Of a stretch of 64,000 nucleotides of DNA, positions 61,633 through 64,000 are shown in pieces. The DNA is from an uncultured Actinomycetota bacterium (GTDB lineage: Bacteria > Actinomycetota > Humimicrobiia > Humimicrobiales > Humimicrobiaceae): NCBI GenBank assembly GCA_964494385.1, contig CAZBSE010000004.1, positions 12,475 through 76,474 of the forward strand, written 5' to 3'. The notes under the pieces are model-generated. The model saw only the letters and a program-made list of their open reading frames with translations, ran no database searches and had not been told where the DNA came from. Made by a program: the position numbers and the translations under genes. How positions within the stretch are numbered: position 1 is the stretch's first letter; each line of letters starts with the position of its first letter.

Positions 61633-61714
61633 TTAAATTTATTTAATTTTATACTCTGTCCAACAGATACTATAGGAGATTACAGATAAAAAAACAAGCA
61701 GAAATTTTAAAAAA

Positions 61715-62074
61715 CTAGCCCATATTCTTTCTCAGCTGTCTGAGCTTGTAGTTTAAATCTCCCTTGCCTTCTTTTTTATAACCGCCGCCGCCGCCGTAAT
61801 TTCTATCTTTTGAACCGAAGTTTTCCCTGTTCTGGGTTCTGGCTTCATTAACCACAATAGTTCTTCCCTTGAACTCGCTCTGGTTCAGTTTTTCCATAGC
61901 TGCTTTTGCCTGTTCTTCGCTCTCCATCTCTATAAATCCGAAACCTCTTGATTTTCCGTCCATCCTGGTTATTACCTTGGAGTAAGTAACAGTTCCTTCC
62001 TGTGCAAACAGCTCTTCCAGCTCTTTATCGGTAGTGTCATAGTCCAGATTACCAACATACATTCTCTTATTCAC
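61715..62074 (-). CDS. RRM-type (RNP-1/RNP-2) RNA-binding protein with a Gly-rich C-terminal tail
   Basis: MYVGNL (RNP-2) and RGFGFIEM (RNP-1) motifs, then a GGGGGY tail; 119 aa. Confidence 0.8.
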   Translation of the reverse strand: MNKRMYVGNLDYDTTDKELEELFAQEGTVTYSKVITRMDGKSRGFGFIEMESEEQAKAAMEKLNQSEFKGRTIVVNEARTQNRENFGSKDRNYGGGGGYKKEGKGDLNYKLRQLRKNMG

Positions 62075-62408
62075 TTAAAAATACCTTTCCTTAAATTGCT
62101 TTACTATATATAAAAGAGAAGTAGAAACTATTATTTAAAATGTGAAACAAATGAATTAATAAGGAATGCAAAAAGAAGATTTAATTCTATTTATATTTAC
62201 ATACTATAATAAAAAATCCCTACTGCCCTGTTTTAAAATTAAAACTAACTAGATATTATATAATATATTTTCCATTTGTCCAAAGATTTTTTTAAAAGTA
62301 TTACTAAATTCCCCATCTGTTAGTTACATCACTTAATATCTATTTTTCTAAATTACCATCTAATTTTTCCTAATTTTAGAATATTATTCTCTGTATGCTG
62401 TGAATATA

Positions 62409-62793
62409 TTAGATATCTAATTTTAATTTTGGATTATTTTTTTTAAGGTATTTTTCAATAACAGATACAAATTCTTCTGCATCATCCATATTTTTTAACA
62501 ATTGAGTTTTAGAACTAGAGTAATCAGTTTGATACTCAAATCTATTCCTTTGTATTCTCAACTTATTATACTTAATAATCAAATTTTTAAAATCATTCCC
62601 AATAATCCTGCTTACAGCTTCAATTATTCCAACATGTTGAAATCTATTCCCGGGTCTATATCCCTGGGATCTTATAAGAGCGTTTGCCGCATGAAACATA
62701 GCATTATAAATAAATGTAAGAGCTGCTCCTTCATCTAAACTTATCAAACTTCTAGCTGTTTCTAAATCCTTCTTTGACCGTTTAATAAATTTT
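62409..62793 (-). CDS. HEPN-domain protein (HepT-like toxin partner of the upstream nucleotidyltransferase); start codon uncertain
   Basis: The HEPN helix pair (...KKDLETARSLISLDEG / AALTFIYNAMFHAANALIRSQGY), then RFQHVG...NRFEYQ. The track start (TTG at 62747) would cut helix 1. The frame is open up to 62856 with no ATG/GTG; an ATT at 62791-62793 is the first plausible initiator. It overlaps the 3' end of the MNT gene in another frame. Confidence 0.65.
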
Positions 62794-62832
62794 TGAATCT
62801 GGTCAAATCCAATTTTAGATTCCTTTTTAAGC

Positions 62833-63450
62833 TTACCTTCTGCTATTAAGTCTTCGTAATCCAGATTCTTCTCCCTTTAACATTATTTTCTTATCATCTA
62901 AAATACTTAAAATAAAACTATCCTTCTCTTTTACTCTTTTATACCATTCTTCTCCTGAATAATAAGTATAATTAATTTCCCTTGAAATTCTATGTTCTAA
63001 ATTATTTATTTTTTCAAGAAAGATATTCTCATTAAAATGTTCAATATTAATAATCAAGCATAAATCTATATCAGAAAAGGCACCCTCTTCACTTTTTGCA
63101 AATGAACCATATATAAAAGCTAAAACAATGCCGCCAACTTCACTAGTTATTTTTTGAAGACTTCCGTAAATTCCAATAGTTTTAAAAATTATAGATTTTA
63201 ATTCATTAAATAATGGATACTTTTTATTTATTGAGAAGTATTTTTGTTTGCCCCTATTAATTGATAAAAAAATGCCCTCTTTTTCAAGTTTCGACAGTTC
63301 CTTAGACAAATTACCCGGATCTTCCACAAGAATAACAGCTATTTCTCTTAAATACTTCTCATCATCAGGGTTCGTGAAAAAATGTAATAAAATTTTATTT
63401 CTTAACCTTGATTTGGAAATTTCTAAAAATTTAATCATTGTTGTAATCAC
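62833..63450 (-). CDS. Winged-helix DNA-binding domain fused to a minimal nucleotidyltransferase (MNT/MntA-like antitoxin partner)
   Basis: N-terminal wHTH-like segment (LRNKILLHFFTNPDDEKYLREIAVIL...NLSKELSKLEKEGIF), then the NT-fold motif GS(x9-13)D(I/V)D: IYGSFAKSEEGAFSDIDLCLI. The track start is a GTG at 63450; the ATG at 63436-63438 (MIKFLEIS...) is the more likely start. Confidence 0.75.
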   Translation of the reverse strand: MITTMIKFLEISKSRLRNKILLHFFTNPDDEKYLREIAVILVEDPGNLSKELSKLEKEGIFLSINRGKQKYFSINKKYPLFNELKSIIFKTIGIYGSLQKITSEVGGIVLAFIYGSFAKSEEGAFSDIDLCLIINIEHFNENIFLEKINNLEHRISREINYTYYSGEEWYKRVKEKDSFILSILDDKKIMLKGEESGLRRLNSRR

Positions 63451-63482
63451 CTACAACAATTGTAGTAGAACTTTACAACAAT
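63437..63482. promoter_or_regulatory. Putative operator: perfect 9-bp inverted repeat ATTGTTGTA-N6-TACAACAAT plus a third TACAACAAT half-site
   Basis: Read directly: attgttgta (63437-63445) atcacc tacaacaat (63452-63460) and tacaacaat again at 63474-63482. It overlaps the start codon region of the wHTH-MNT gene. Confidence 0.55.
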
Positions 63483-63592
63483 AGCAATGTTTTATTTTTT
63501 AACGAAAAGCTATAAATATAAGCAGACACTGCTGGCAGCTTATATTCTTTGCCTATTACATAACTTAGCTAATATTTAATATAGCAAGTATT

Positions 63593-64000
63593 TTAAGGTT
63601 CCACAACCTTGCCCATAAACAGGATGCTTCCGGTCCTGTCATCTTGGATTACAAAAAAGAAGGGCCTGTCCACTTTAAATTCCACTATTTCTTCTATCAT
63701 GGCAGCCGATTCCAGCATCTCAACCACGGTTGCCGCCGCAGCTTCGCTTCCTTCCTCGTTTACCTCGATTACAGTCTTGTGCAGCACCCTTGATATAAAT
63801 ATATCCGGTGCAATCCCGCTAAAATCGGCCCGGCTGCCGTCAAAGGCAATTCCCATACCCATTTCGGCAAGTACGCCGTTTAAAAGCTTGATCCCGTATT
63901 CCATCTTGTATCTGGGCATGGACACGTGGACCTGTTTTTTTGAAAATGACTCTAAAGTCCGGTTCCATGTATCCTCATCCAGTGAGTCTATCAAAGAATC
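63593..64000 (-). CDS. Serpin (serine protease inhibitor), C-terminal part; gene continues beyond the window end
   Basis: SMPRYKMEYGIKLLNGVLAEMGMGIAFDG...FISRVLHKTVIEVNEEGSEAAAATVVEMLESAAM...FKVDRPFFFVIQDDRTGSILFMGKVVEP: serpin strands s3A/s5A, the hinge EEGSEAAAAT of an inhibitory reactive-centre loop, and the C-terminal FxVDRPF motif. Confidence 0.85.
   Translation of the reverse strand, partial: DSLIDSLDEDTWNRTLESFSKKQVHVSMPRYKMEYGIKLLNGVLAEMGMGIAFDGSRADFSGIAPDIFISRVLHKTVIEVNEEGSEAAAATVVEMLESAAMIEEIVEFKVDRPFFFVIQDDRTGSILFMGKVVEP

Overview
This window is a low-GC bacterial chromosomal backbone. Every called gene except rpmB lies on the minus strand. Read from high to low coordinates, the gene order is a compacted version of the Firmicutes-type conserved block:
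- pyrR-pyrB-pyrC-carA-carB-pyrK-pyrD-pyrF-pyrE
- mIHF-gmk-rpoZ-coaBC-metK-priA-def-fmt-rsmB
- rpmB (+) / yloV-rsmD-coaD
- rpmF-[ADP-forming acetyl-CoA synthetase + Pta N-domain protein]-plsX-acpP-rnc-smc-ftsY-ffh-rpsP-KH-rimM-trmD-rplS-lepB-rnhB-yraN
- HD-GYP sensor, comM-dprA-xerC
- rpsB-tsf-pyrH-frr-uppS-rseP-ispG-proS-recD2
- nusA-infB-rbfA-nrnA-truB-ribF-rpsO-pnp (partial)

The most notable features are:
- an AT-rich accessory patch at the 3' end (62.1-64.0 kb) carrying a wHTH-nucleotidyltransferase/HEPN toxin-antitoxin pair, with a palindromic operator, next to a partial serpin gene;
- a complete but hinge-less, short (772 aa) SMC in the canonical rnc-smc-ftsY slot;
- the plsX-acpP junction lacking all fab genes, with an ADP-forming acetyl-CoA synthetase pair inserted between rpmF and plsX;
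- a PyrR-binding attenuator in front of the pyr operon;
- a 408-bp convergent intergenic region of unknown content;
- three 5'-proximal reading-frame anomalies (truB homopolymer frameshift, rsmD +1 frameshift right after the ATG, HEPN with no canonical start), which may reflect indel errors in the assembly or genuine pseudogenisation.

No rRNA, tRNA or CRISPR array was recognised.
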